Of a DNA stretch of 64,000 nucleotides, positions 49,790-63,207 are shown piece after piece; positions within the stretch are counted from its first letter, which is position 1; each line of letters begins with the position of its first letter. The stretch covers positions 19,034,001 through 19,098,000 of the forward strand of contig OX597823.1 of the NCBI GenBank assembly GCA_951406725.2, written 5' to 3'. A program made the translations under genes and the position numbers. The notes beneath the pieces are model-generated. The model had not been told where the DNA came from. It was given only the letters and a program-made list of their open reading frames with translations, and ran no database searches. The DNA is from Octopus vulgaris (Eukaryota).

Positions 49790-52380
49790 AGGTCATAGAT
49801 GGTTGCCAAAGGAATCTCTTGGCTGAGAATTTCAGCAGAAGATTGCATCAAAGCCACAGTTGAAATTCCTTATCAGTCATGGACTATACAGTATTTTCAA
49901 TGAGGATCAGTACTTGGTTGTGTAGGGCAATTTTTCTGTGTGTGAGGCTGACCTCAGTATTGTCAACACGATTTTCTAGCAGAAGAACAAATACAATATT
50001 TTATGGATGCATCCCTTGCTGGCATTGTATTGGCAGCATTATCATATGGGCAAACATCAAAGATGTTTTCTTTACCAGCAGCTGGGGGATCTGAGTTTTG
50101 TATAGACCATCATAGGATATAAATAAAGGTCAGGCTGCAATTGTTCCCTTTAAGAAGCTCAAGAACATCAAACTTGAAGGGGTTCAATTACTGCAAACCC
50201 GACAGTCCTAATATATCATCTTTTTACTATGAAAGCTTCAGAGGCATTCATTACCCCCACATGTTGGCATGGATTTCATATGACTCTTATTAAGTTTCAC
50301 AACCTGTGGTAATTGTACCAAATCTATCAGATTCATGACAAAAAGAATAATTCCAGATTTTTTCGATACAAAACTATTGTACAATCAGTAGGATCATAAA
50401 TGGTGTACATAAGTCCCACTCTGGAGTATTTCTCGCTAAACACTACATATAATAATAATAATTTTTTAGGCAGTCCAGAAAAATAGGACGAATGCTGCCA
50501 TTGATTAGCTCCAAGAGGCCATCGCCTCTAGCTAGCTATGTAACACACGAACCTGATAAGAGGCAAATACCCTGAAACTAGTCTGTAGATGCCAGACCAG
50601 CAAGGGGAAGCAGCTGACCTCCCCTGTTCGAAGGTTATAGTGGACACAGGTTTGTGTGTCACATAGCTAGCTAGAGATGATGGCTTCTTGGAGCTAATCA
50701 ACAGCAGCATTTGTCCTATTTTCTGGACTGCCATGTTAGCTTGGCAATAACTATTAACATCCAGTACCACTGCTGTAGTCTCCTTTAGAGAGACTTAGAA
50801 ATATTAATATTTCAGTCTTTAAAAAGCTGTATCATAATCTTTTGGATTGAAGCTTAATCCAAAACCTTCATACTCTGATAAATGAATGATGGATTTCAAA
50901 AACTCAAGAAATCCAGATGCATGTAGATAGGCAGGACATGTACAAGTTCTATGATGCAATAAGGATATTCTATAATTCTAATAATCGTTCAATGTCACCT
51001 GTTAAGACATCAAATGGTAAATCTCTTCTTTCTATCAACCTCTAAACCAGTCTAAGCCAATGGATCCAGAAGTTAGGGGTAAACTTTGATAAACGTCAGT
51101 CATCCACCAACATAAGCTGTTATGGCAGTTGTTTTCAACTCCATTTCCGATCTCATGTAAATCACGAGTTTATCATGTATGCAGATCCCATTTTAGCAAA
51201 TCAAAAATTTTTGTTCACGTGATTAGTTCTGGAACCATCCTTCAACAATGGTCTTAAATACAAAGACCTTTAGCGCGGAAGGGCAGAGATAATTTGGCTT
51301 TTGTTGGATGAATTTTCTTTCTCATAACTGTTTTCACAGCTTCATGCTCAAACTAGCACAATTCTCTTAATAGTTGTTTTCACAGCTCTACACCCAACCC
51401 AGAGAACCATACATAATTGCAGCAATATGAAAAATCAGCCTACTTATCAATTATCTGTCAAAGAGCTCCAGCACCCGTAAAGCATGATATTCATATAAAA
51501 TTGACTCTGAACCGCATGAAACCTTGTAATAACACAGCAATAAATTATGTATCTAAACTGACGACATATCTTTTGTCATAACCCACACTACCCTGCTAAA
51601 CTTTGCTGAAGCTGGGACTGCCATCAAAGTATTAAGAATTAGGGAATTTCCTAGACCGGACAATATTTCAGCAGAGATTCTGACATACAGTAGTTACCAT
51701 TGCACAAATATAATTCATAGCAACATCACAGAAATAGTGAACCAGGAGTATTTACCTAAACATTGGAAAGATGTTAGCAACATCACCATCATCTAGTTCC
51801 TTTTTACTGTATTAATGCCTGGGTGTTTTAACAGAAATATAGGCTTCCGGGTAAAACAATGCACGGAAGTCCTCATAATAAATAGATAAGACCAACATAA
51901 ATAGATTAGCATCAGATTAGCATTAGCCTCCAAGACCCGTAGTACTCCTGACACTGACTGGCATGATAAGGCTATGCATGCAGAAATCCCCTGTTCAACC
52001 AACACCAGTAGCATTGAATCCATACAATACAGGTATCAGCTGAGGTAGTTGGCAAATGTAGTGCATAAGTCTGACCCGCATCTTTCGCGTAGGATCATTT
52101 ATGACCAGCAACACCTGACTGGAGGACCAAACAGTCCAAAGGTCAGTTGAAGACCACTTTGAAAAGAGGCGCAACTTCAGGCTTCCAAGAATGGGAGAAC
52201 ATAACTATCCGCTGTTCCCATCTGGTGGTGTTACCGCTGAAGGAGTACTGAAAACAGGGAGAAACACACTCAGTACTACCAAGTGGTGTGAGTAAAAGGA
52301 CAACATATTTACAAAGTAAAACGTGGTTTCTTCAAATAATTTGAAATTCACGTGTCCAACTGAAGTTGTACATCAAAGAT
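49790..52380 (+). mobile_element. Heavily degraded RTE-type LINE with nested insertions
   Basis: Scattered peptides (KFYDAIR, SMSPVKTSNGKSLL, PDNISAEIL, LPKHWKDVSNITI, SIESIQYRYQLR) in RTE order; many stops and frameshifts. Confidence 0.55.
50469..50732. repeat. ~87-bp-arm inverted repeat with a decayed hammerhead at the arm/loop junction
   Basis: Arms 50469-50555 and 50647-50732; CUGAUAA g agg caaauac ccu GAAA cuag UC at 50553-50583. Confidence 0.8.
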
Positions 52381-53099
52381 TGGGTTGTAAATTTGTGATA
52401 AGATTCACAAATAGAGATGGTAGATCAACATGCAGTGAATTGAGAATGAGAGGCTCGACTGAGATACAAATGAGTTGGTAGCACAGAGAAAGATGTGTGA
52501 GAGAGAAAAAAGAAAGAGAGAGAATATAGAGTGGAAAAGTTAAGAGTTAGTGTGTATGCATGAGAAAATTGAGCGCAAAAAAAAGATGGTTAGGGTATGT
52601 GAAAGAGAAAAATATAATAGAACGTAGAATGGAGAGAAGAAAAAATGATGGGGAAAAAGAGAAAATATAGCAAAAGAGAGTAGGTTTAACTGAGAGATAA
52701 GCGTGTGAAAAAGAAAATAGAGGCTAGAATGGAAGGGTTGAAAGTTATAATTAAAGAGAGAGTGGGGAGGAGAAAAGGTAAGGAATAACAGAGAAGAGAC
52801 AAGAAATAAGGTATAATACAGAAAGTAGACATAATATAGAGAGGGGAAAGAAGAGCAAGTCTGGAAGGTTATAATTAGAGAATTGAGGAGAATTGTAAAG
52901 GAAAGAGAGACAGAGAGGGAGGGTAAAAGTAGAAGACATCAGAGAGAGAAAGAAAGGTAAAAGAGGGGGAGAATGGGACATAATACAGAGAGGAGAGAAT
53001 AGAGAAAACATATGTGGGAGGGAGAAAAAAGAGAGAGATAAACACAATATAGATAAAGCAAGGGAGAGAAAACGTAAGAATGATAGATATATAAGATAG

Positions 53100-54386
53100 A
53101 GAGAGAGAGCGACGGTATAGAAAGAGGTGGAGGAGAAAAAAGGTATCAGAACGCATGCGCGAGGTGACTGCTCTTCTTTAAGACAATCCAGATAAAAGTG
53201 AAGAAAGAAGTTAAGGGGGTGTCAGGCATGAGAGAAGGACGGAGTGGGACAGTGTAGTGGTTAGAGTCTATGTATTGTGTTTACGTATATGTGACTGAGT
53301 ATATAAAGATATTTATATGTGTGTGTGTGTTTATAGTAGCGCTTGTACTACTAGTAAATTGTCGGGTGGAAGTAGAGGGGGGACAGTAAATGAAGATTTA
53401 GTATGTGTATGTATATATGTATATATCTGTGTATCTTTGGGTGTCTTAAGTAATAGTAATAGCAGTAGTAATAACTGTCGTATTACTAGTAGTTTTAGTC
53501 ATAGAAATAGTAATAAGACAAGGGGGTGGGAGAAAGGAAGGCTTAGATATTGAGTGATACTTCCCTCCCCCACAACACTTCTGTCTTTAAACTTCTCTTC
53601 CACGACTGCTGCTACCCTCACTCTACTTCTTCTTCCTCTATCCCCCCCCCTTCTTTCACCATCACTCAATCTATATCACCGCTACCACTCACTATAATCA
53701 TTACTACCACCACCACCACCATCACTATTACTACTACTGCGATTTCCACCATCACCACCGTCTGCACGACATCAAACGTTCCTTCTACGTGGTTGCTCCA
53801 TTCGCCAGAAACAGCAGCCAAACTCTCTCTCTCTTAAAATAAACAGCCAAGCGTTTTAAGGAAAGGATATGTTGGACGAATAATGTTGGTCCTCGGTTCT
53901 TTTTGCACATAAGAAAAATACAGGATGGTCGCGACTGGAATGCTTTTGATTAAAAGTCTGCTCGGTTAGGTTTGACCTGGGGCTATAAACAACAGTACAT
54001 CGCCGTCTCTTTAGTGCCATCCTTCTTCTTTACTACAGCATCACCACAACAATCACCATCATCAGTATTAGTGGTGCTTCTAAGTTTTAATAAAATTTCC
54101 CACCAAGTGTTGGTACTATCTGCGCCTTTAATTAGTATTTCGTTGGCAAAGGCGACAGTAACCAACAAGAACGATACAAACAGCTTTCGAAGGCAAAGCA
54201 AAGTATGTATGTATGTATATCAATGAATAAACAAACTTATATAAGTTATATATTTTCATTAGTAAAATTGTTGTTAGTGGATATATCTGAATTCTGTTAA
54301 GGGTATTTTTACTACCCGACTTAATGGGTAGCTTGGAAACAAGGAAATCGAGTAAGAAAACGACAAATACATACACACACACACAC

Positions 54387-54419
<33 letters not shown>

Positions 54420-55294
54420 AGCAGGCTATATTAGAGTGAACGAATGAAAGATTAAGAAAAAGAGGGGTACTCAACCGGTGCTCTTTCTCTCTCTATCTTT
54501 TTCTTACCCTCTCTGAAAAGAGGCGGAGGATGAGGAAGTGAGAGATAACATTAATCTTCACAATCATTACCACCCCCTCACTCATTGCTGTTGCTTCTTT
54601 CTTCCTTAACTCATTCCTCTACTCCTACAGTTGCCCCCTCACCTGTTTCGTTCTCTTTGTTTCTCTTTCCTTCTTTTCTCTCCTTCCCTACTGCTGGAAT
54701 GGTGACTGACGAAGGAGGCATACACATACTCTCATGCGCACACATATTTATTATACAGCTCCACTGTTTTACTATACTTTCAAAACATTGTCAAGTGTCG
54801 GTGTCTTGAGAAGAAAACACTAAGACAGGGTAGAAGAGGACAGTGGGTGACAGCGAAAGAGATTCCTTAGTGAGGGAGAGAGAGGCGACTTAAAACAAGT
54901 ATAGATAAAACGGGTGGGTTACAGAGGGGTTAGGTGAATAGTTTCACCCCTTACTTCTACCCGTAAGTCCTTTTCATCACTAACTTTTTCAGTTCTTAAA
55001 GAGCATGCAACAAGTTTTTAGTTTACATTTCGGATATCCGTTTTTCTGCAACTACTTTGGATGAACCCCAGAATTACTTAATGTTTGTTTGAGCGAAATA
55101 CATTTGATATATTATCATATACACACTCATTCACATATTTCTGGCTGTTGGAATTATTTTTTTACTCGTGTTATTTAGAAAGTTTAATCTCATTCTAACT
55201 AGTGTCTCTGTATTTATCTCTCACCCTCTCATTTTCTCTGTACCCTTCTTTGGCCCATATTCGGAAGGCGATGTTTTAGGAATGCCATCCCGTC
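53100..55294 (+). promoter_or_regulatory. Probable afadin promoter / 5' UTR region
   Basis: Few young TEs compared with the rest of the window; NRF1-like ACGCATGCGC at 53151; GAGA tracts. The TSS cannot be placed from sequence. Confidence 0.35.
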
Positions 55295-55402
55295 ATGACG
55301 AAATATCGTCCCGATGACGACGAATTCCGTCGTTTAGTTCAATTGATAACTCAATGGAATGATGACCATTATGACATTTTTGAGATTGCTCAACCCAACG
55401 AG
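55295..55402 (+). CDS. AFDN: Afadin (AF-6/canoe) first coding exon, 36 aa; phase-0 donor GAG|GTAAGT
   Basis: MTKYRPDDDEFRRLVQLITQWNDDHYDIFEIAQPNE aligns with the afadin N-terminus (ERRKLADIIHHWNANRLDLFEISQPTE, from memory). Similarity ends exactly at a consensus donor. No exon 2 (xLEFHGVMRFYFQ) was seen in the window. Confidence 0.85.
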
Positions 55403-55799
55403 GTAAGTGTCCTCTTATCTGTTTATTCAAGCTTTATATCTTCATTTCAGCCCTCTTTACTCGTGAAAAATAACCATGCCATATTCTTCATTATTTTGTT
55501 GTTTTTGTCCCTCCCCCCCCCCTATCACTTGTCTTTGAAGAAGGAAGAGAGTTTTCTAACTTTTGATAAAATTTGCCTTTAAAAATATCGATACGTATCC
55601 CTCATTTTCGTCCTGCAACAAATTTCTTAAATATATAGCTATATCTTTGTTTTTCTTCGTTTACCAACTCGTTTTTAATGTAAGAAAAACAACCAGTAAA
55701 TTTGAGAGAAAAATTAAAATAACATTTTAAAGCCTTCTGGCTGGGTCTAGCTTTGAAGTTTGAAATTACAATCTACCCTATACCCCACCTCGCTAAACA

Positions 55800-57008
55800 C
55801 ACCTGGGGAATTAAGCTTAAAACTCAAACAAAATATTTGGCTTGGGTTAATTAAAAAAAAAAAAGACATTTGTTCTATTAATTAAATTAATAAACTTGAT
55901 AAAAGAAGGAAAAGGGTTTAATTTAATTACTCATTCTTCTGTCCTCCCCCTCTTCCTGTCTCAGGTAAGGACAGTATATATAATAAATATATAAATAAAG
56001 TCTTATCAACTTTTCAAGATGGCTGCCTGTATGTATCGTTAATTGCTTACCTGTCCCGCAACTTTCCAGGTAGCAATACAGCCACACCTACATCACACTT
56101 GACACTAGACTTTCCGATTACTGTCCTAACCTATTTTTGAAATAACGGACCAACATACAAATATTAACTGAATACCTTTCTGTTCCAGACAATCCCCTCC
56201 ACCCTATCGCACCCCCCCCCCTTTTTTTGTTTTTCATTTAGTTTTACCTGGCCGAATAATTTAATACACCCGAGTGTTTTACCTGTTGGGATACTGGTTA
56301 TTAGCTACTGTTGATGGTAATCTTATATTCTGGTTCAAATTCCAAAATAAAAATAAAAACATTTTTGTAAACAGTGTGACTTCCCACAATGTTTCAGACT
56401 CGACGTCTATTTACTTTAATTTCACCCGTACATTACACCTGTCCACCACTCCTTCGCTTGGAGATATTTATTTAACCCCCGCACGCTGACACACAGTTGC
56501 TTCCCTCATTTAGGAAAGACATTTAATCCACTGATAGCAAATTTAAGGAAAGAAAAATAGTTACGTTTATATTTTGCATTATAATTAAAAAAATTGCACA
56601 CACGTACACACCTCTACAGTCAAGGAGTAAAATTTACAATATATTTACGAACAAATATGTATCAAGGAATCTACTGTACAAGCATTTTTTAATTGCTAAT
56701 GTTGACATTTTTTAAATAAGTGCTTTTTAAATAGTTTCATTAATCAATAATACACGGGGGATAAGTAATTAGGTTCCCTGTGTCATTTGACTGATTAAAT
56801 TCGTTCGCTGACATAGTTTTGAATGTTTTCTGTTGGTTACAAATATCCCATCACCCCACTCTTCGCTAAATCCATTAAGCAAACAGGTAAAAAAAAAACG
56901 TTTATCAGGTGTGCAACAATTACTGTTTTAAAACTTGTTGTCGTTAAAAACTACAGATATGTATTTTTTTATATGTTCTGCATATAATTGTATATATATA
57001 TATATATA

Positions 57009-57045
<37 letters not shown>

Positions 57046-57539
57046 ATATTATGTATGTGTTAGACAAAAAAGAATTAGGTCAGGTTTGTCGTTAAAACTT
57101 ATTTTACTGTTGGGATCATATTGATTAGCTCCGCCTCCTGTCAGGTTGACATCGCTACGTCTCTCTCTCTCTCTCTCTCCTCTCCCTTCGTTTCTTTAAC
57201 AACGCACTGATTTAATTTACCTGGCCCATCATTAAAAGGACGGCGTGCTTTTGTTCTCTCGTCCAACCAGCTTCGAAATTCTGTTTGTGAAACCATAGGA
57301 CAAGCAATCAGTCCGTGACAAGCCGCAACAGCCCCCACTTTTAATGATATTTGTAATGAATTCCTTTCTTCAAACGTAATGAATTGATCCACTTAGTTTG
57401 CACCTATCCTTAAATTGAACTTAAGCTTAATGTATATTTCGTGCAGTCCTAGAGGTATGATGCGTAAACATAGCTTAATGTATATTTCGTGCAGTCCTAG
57501 AGGTATGATGCGTAAACATGTTCTGTACTCGACAATCTG

Positions 57540-57593
<54 letters not shown>

Positions 57594-57776
57594 GTTTGTA
57601 CTATAGGGTATTTTAAAGAATTTTAATAACATTTACTGATGAGTTGGGCAGCCCTGGACTAAAACGGCAAATTTGTTATAGAATTACTTCGTCAGGCAGA
57701 ACTTGAGTCATTCAAATCGAATTATATAACTTCCTGGTCATTATGCTCTAAACACGTTTCCAATTTTATGCAGGTA
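55800..57776. promoter_or_regulatory. Cluster of 11 CAGGT(A/G) motifs plus YY1-like CAAGATGGCTGC (56015-56026) in afadin intron 1
   Basis: Sites start at 55800, 55962, 56048, 56067, 56245, 56280, 56436, 56884, 56906, 57218 and 57771. Confidence 0.45.
57424..57519. repeat. Exact 48-bp tandem duplication
   Basis: AGCTTAATGTATATTTCGTGCAGTCCTAGAGGTATGATGCGTAAACAT twice. Confidence 0.95.
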
Positions 57777-59132
57777 AAAAACAAACAAACAAACCTTTGT
57801 TTACGAATACTTCAATTTGGCTTTTTCTATTAACTTACATTTATATGGCCTGTCTGGAAACCTCTCAACATTGCATGAATCTTCAAATCGTGCCCACCCT
57901 GTCGATTAAATTAGCCCACGGCTATTTGGCTCATCTCCACTCCTTAAGATGGAATTATATTTCCATTGTTGGAAAAACTCTCTGCTCATTATCAAGAATG
58001 TCTCTCTGGACGTGTGTTGGGGCACTGACTTGTTGACTTTCCTACGTCAGGTTTGACCCGAGTTTCTATACGGTTGTTCGACCTGCTAGAAATAACAGCC
58101 AGGTTTTCTTCACTCACGTTCTGTTGCCTTAGAAAAAGAGTGATGTGTTGGGTATTGTAGCCGTCTTTATAACAAAGCGGTTATAGCTAGGACGCTTTTG
58201 GTCATAGATATACTCACTCAGTCAAGGTTGACTCTTCGGTCAAACATTTATTTTGTTGATAGAATTTTGACAAGCTCATTCCTCTCTGACGAATGAGGAA
58301 ACGAGGTTGAATGAAAAAAAAGAAAAAGAAAAGGAAAACAACAAATAATCCAGGCTATAGAAACGCTGTCAAAATTCTACCTCAGTAGGAACTGAAGATA
58401 ACAAGAGTTGTTTTACGGTGGGTGGTGGTTGTAGCGGGTTTGAAGATAAGTGCTGGCTTGTGTTGGCGGTGATGGTGGTTCTAAGGCGTGATGGATGGAG
58501 GTTGGGCGTTGAAGCAGTATTTACAACAACACTACACTCTACAACTGGATCAAGTGTCTACTTGAAGCTATCGTGTTTCCTCATCCCTAGACCAGGATGA
58601 TTTTGAACATAAACTTCCCAAAGCAATTTATATCTATCAGATTGGTAAATCTCTGTGCTTATAGCAGGGGATGTAACACAAGCAAATCCTAACACCCAGT
58701 TTTCGACATTTGATAACCGCTAATGCTGGAGTTTTACACTGGAACAACACCATACAGTGGAATCAACAAGGGCATGTATATTTGCTTACCAATCCCTGAG
58801 GGATGAAAGACAAAAGCATATATATATTGTCGAGGGAATCGATATCCACCAAAAAATGCTTGAATATTTTCTTTTAGTCAACCTTGGTGGCATTTTAATT
58901 CACGGACCCAGCAAGGCTTAAATGTTAAAAAAAAAAAAGGTTCGTGTTGCAAATACTAGGTCCCAAGTTCGGTCCCACTGCGCGACATCTTGGGTACGTG
59001 TCATCGCGTCTTTTATTAAAAACCTTTTAGGATGATACTGAGTAGACAAACTGGTAGTCTGTCGGAAGCATTGTATCAGTTGTGTAGCTAGGTGGCAGTG
59101 TAGGGGCGAGGGTTTGGTCCACTCCGGGCACC

Positions 59133-59325
59133 ATCATCATCATTGTTCGACCGTGGTCGAGACAATGGAATTTACCATGCTATGCCAGACCTCACGGTCT
59201 ATCATGGCATTACGGAGGTCCTGTTGCTGGATGCCTGTATCCCTGGAGATTACATCAGGGTAGGAGAGTGTGCGTCCTCTGGTATTGCGAGTAGATGGCT
59301 TCCAGAGGAGAAGAGTAGAAATTGC
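59133..59325 (-). mobile_element. RTE/RTE-X LINE 3' end
   Basis: ISTLLLWKPSTRNTRGRTLSYPDVISRDTG...NAMIDREVWHSMV...* followed by (TGA)n. Confidence 0.75.
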
Positions 59326-61679
59326 CTCCGAGCAACACTTTCGGGGCCTACATTGTAAATAAGCCTGTAATAGGCTGTATTGCCTGGGGAGGGGTGAAAA
59401 TTCAAGGAGGCTTCCTCGTACGGCTCACAGTATAGGTAACGGCCATTAGATTGTACCTGTAATTTAAAAGTTTATCCTTATTACCCCGTCATGATGATTT
59501 TGAGGATTACGTTAATGGTTACGTACTTCAAGAATAGTCAATTGCACGGTAATTCAGTTGATTGGACAACTGAATCTTCATCGTCGAAACCGATGGAGGA
59601 TCACTTATTTAAACTCGTGACATAGACAGTCATGTCGTCGCTCTATTATTTTCCTAATTCCACCGTCCTTTTATAACAAGGATAATAAACACGCAAGGTA
59701 ACCTATTTTCTTTAAACCGTCTGACAGTGCGAAAAAGACTTAATCTGGCTGTCATCTTATTTACCTGTTTACTCTCTGTGCTTTTTTCTTAAACAGTCCT
59801 TTGTCTGACTGACACACATTACCTCAGTTATCTTCAGGTTTCGCCAGGTCCTTCTCAGGCTGATTGATAAATACTAATTACGTAACTGAGATTGATAAAA
59901 TCGACTTCAGTTTATTTGCCCATGTCCCTGTTTAAGAAAACTATATTAATATTATGATGAAGGCGTCGAGCTGGTAGAATTGTTTGCGCGTCAGACAAAA
60001 ACGCATAGCTATTTCGTCCCTCTTTACGTTCAGAGTTCAAATTCACCAAGGTCCACTTTGGCTTTTATCCTTTCGGGGTCGATCAAATAAGTACCTTTGA
60101 CCTCTGGAGACGATATAATTGATTAACCCATCTCAACATTCCTTGCCCCGTACCAAATTTTTTCTCCTTGTTGGTTCAAATAAGTATCGGTCAAATACTA
60201 CTGTTATATTGTTTACATCACATACCTTAAATTTTGAGACATTATCTCCGCTAGAATTTATTTTTACAACATATCCAAAGTGCCTTGGATGTTCACTTGG
60301 TTTTCCGTTAGATTTTGAGTTCAAACCATATCAAGTTAAGCAATGTTTTTCGTTCTTCTTGGATCCGGTTAAATACATCAACTGATCCTTTCTTACCAAA
60401 TCGTAATTATAGGGATTGATTCATAGAAAGAGTAAAGAGTGTGACTAAAAAATAGTCTTGCACTATTTTTACTCGTCTTGATATTTTGATTTTAATGAAA
60501 TCAATTTTAACTTTTCATCCTCCTTTGATGTCAGTCGATTTAATATGTACCTCGTACTTTTTTAGTTCTGCATCAGTTTTTCACTGAGTTTGTAAGAGCA
60601 AGATTTTTCTAAGGCCCAGGCAGCAATAAGTGGTTGGTTATCTTGTGATAGTTCCAATTCTTTTTGTGAGTAGAACTTTGAAATAGGGATGGAGTTTAGC
60701 AGGCTGATTGTTACCTTGAGCCAACGATGAAAGTAACCTCTCTGTCCATCATGAGTAAATTGCGGTTCGCGGGACTTTCTAAATGGCACGCCAACGAAAA
60801 ATTATCTTGAATAATTTTAGTTGTACGGCCTGTTTCTCGAAAAAGTTTGCACTCTTGGTTCATATTGTCGCTCAGTCTGTTAGAAATAGCACCCAAGTTT
60901 TCAAATGGAGCCTTGTTACCTTAAAAGAGGAAGCGCACATCGAACAGTTTAAGCAGATATACAAAAGACGGGATAGTCATGATCGGAATGCTTTTTATTG
61001 TAGGCTTGTTCAGTCAATATGATTGATTGATGACACATGAAAGGGCTATTCCAACAGGTGAAAGTCTTGTCACACCCACTAAAACTATTATTCATTTTTT
61101 AGAGTGTGGGTTGTGTTAGTCAACAAACCCACACTTTTCTTTTCAGAATCGCCTACAAATGACTGGACAAAACAATCTGTTTCTCCGTTGTACTGAATGA
61201 TATATTCATTTGCTGGTTTCAAGACATTGGTCTGCGGTCGTTATAGCATTGCCCTGTGGATTATCTTTAGGTTGGTCATAACGGACCTCTTTATTTTATC
61301 GAACTACGTAAAAGAGCGTAAACTAGAAGCATCTATTTGCATCAGTATAAAAACAAACATACATATAAATCACATGATGGACTTCCGCACGTTTTCTACG
61401 GATTTTACTCACATAATTCGTATTGAGTAACCCAAAACTACCACTTACTGGGGGACCCGTGGAAAATTCACAATGTAAGTGTTCAGCTTTTAGGATAATT
61501 ACTTGTGATGAACTGAATTTAAAATGAATACAGTGCTTATTCCGCTTTATCAATTAATAGATAAAACATTTATGTTTATTTAACTATAAACTAATTTTTA
61601 TTTGTGAACTGTTTACATTTCTATTCAAAAATCCAAGTGACCTGTTATTATTTAGCTGAATAGAAATAGTGAAAGTATC

Positions 61680-62073
61680 TATTTCTTTACTACCCACAAC
61701 GGGCTAAACACAGAAGGGACAAACAAGGACAGACACACGGATTAAGTCGATTATATCGACTCCAGTGCGTAACTGGTACTTATGTAATCGACCCCGAAAG
61801 GATGAAAGGCGAAATTTGAACTCAGAACGTAGCGGCAGACGAAATACCTATTTCTTTACTACCCACAAGGGGCTAAACACAGAGAGGACAAACAAGGACA
61901 GACACACGGAATAAGTCGATTATATCAACTCTAATGCGTAACTGGTACTTATTTAATCGACCCCGAAAGGATGAAAGCCAAAGTCGACCTCGGCGAAATA
62001 TGAACGCAGAACGTAGCGGCAGACGAAATACTGCTAAGCATTTCGCCCGGCGTGCTAACGATTCTGCCGCCTT
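61680..62073 (-). mobile_element. SINE family B (two units) with 16-bp TSD
   Basis: AAATAGTGAAAGTATC at 61664-61679 and 62074-62089. An older copy lies at 59960-60170. Confidence 0.9.
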
Positions 62074-62812
62074 AAATAGTGAAAGTATCATAAACAACTA
62101 AGTCGTGCTTTTGATGCACTCGACAGGGGAGAAGGGGAAGGAGCGAATTTCTTAACTACGTTGCTACATCTGGACTGTATTTGATGTTTTAATATTTATT
62201 GTAGCATAAATCCATTCGCTTAGGAAGAATTGTAGGAATCGTCTTCCTTACTTGACTAGTACTTCATTTTATTTTCCGTTGAAGGATGGAAATCAATCTG
62301 ACCTTAAACATAAAGGGCCATCATTAAAAATGCTACTTATATTTTGTCTGAAGTTCTAGAGATTCTACCAATGTAAACTGCAAAAATAGAGATAGCTGAC
62401 GCTCTCTCTCTACATTAAATACAAAAAAAAAAAAAAAAAAAAAATAGAGAGAACTGGAATGCTCTCAGTGGCAGAGTTTCGAATTAGGTACCCCATACTT
62501 TACGGAGATAATTTTTCTTACGATTCTGAAAAGAAAAAAAAATTTACATTTCGCTCACTTCCTTCACTACTGTAATATTTTCATTTCCCATGAGCATGAC
62601 ATAGAATATCACGCCCGACACCCAAACGGCTTTCGACAGCCAGCATTCTTTTGTCAACATTAGTGAAAGAGGTTCTTTGGTTCAATTTCCTCTACGTGTT
62701 TGCAACAGGAGAAACCTCTACATGGTTGCTCCCACCTACACGAAATTGCTGTAAATTTCCATTAAATCATTCATTACCATGTTTAAAATATTTAAATCTG
62801 TTGCATATCACA

Positions 62813-63207
62813 TCTTTATATATAAAAGTCAAGTTGTGTGTCTGTCTCCTACGATTTAGATTCCTAACTACTCCCACATTTTGCGGTGCAGTTTAACCAA
62901 AAGCGGGTATCTTATAGTCGTGATTCATATCGAGCCCGTCTGGGTATTAGCGCGTGTCTACGATGAGTCTACGATTTAAAAAAAATTTACCATAATTTTT
63001 TCTATTTTAATGCATTTTTTTCGCTATTATATAAGGGAAGTAACTCTCTAAAAATGTCTACGATGAGTCAACGATTTAAAAAAAAACTACCATCATTTTT
63101 TTTCCATTTTTAAAGTATTTTTTGCTATTTTTTGGCTATAACTCTCTAAAAATGCTTATATAGTTATTTCCCTTACAAACCCGAGCAACGCCGGGCGATA
63201 CTGCTAG
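62813..63207 (+). mobile_element. Full non-autonomous Helitron
   Basis: A|TC...CCCGAGCAACGCCGGG...CTAG|T, no TSD. Confidence 0.9.

Noticed and set aside
55403-55582. Remainder of the 95-aa ORF after NE
   Set aside because: Read-through into the intron past the GTAAGT donor; afadin similarity stops there.
57630-57672. CTGATGA followed by a hairpin
   Set aside because: No GAAA box or UH site; not counted as a hammerhead.
58280-58310. CTGACGA-atgag-GAAA
   Set aside because: Stem II and the UH/stem I pairing cannot form; likely chance.
60200-60920. Short minus-strand ORFs that might be a Tc1 relic or an exon
   Set aside because: No recognisable motif, TIR or splice pair that I can support.
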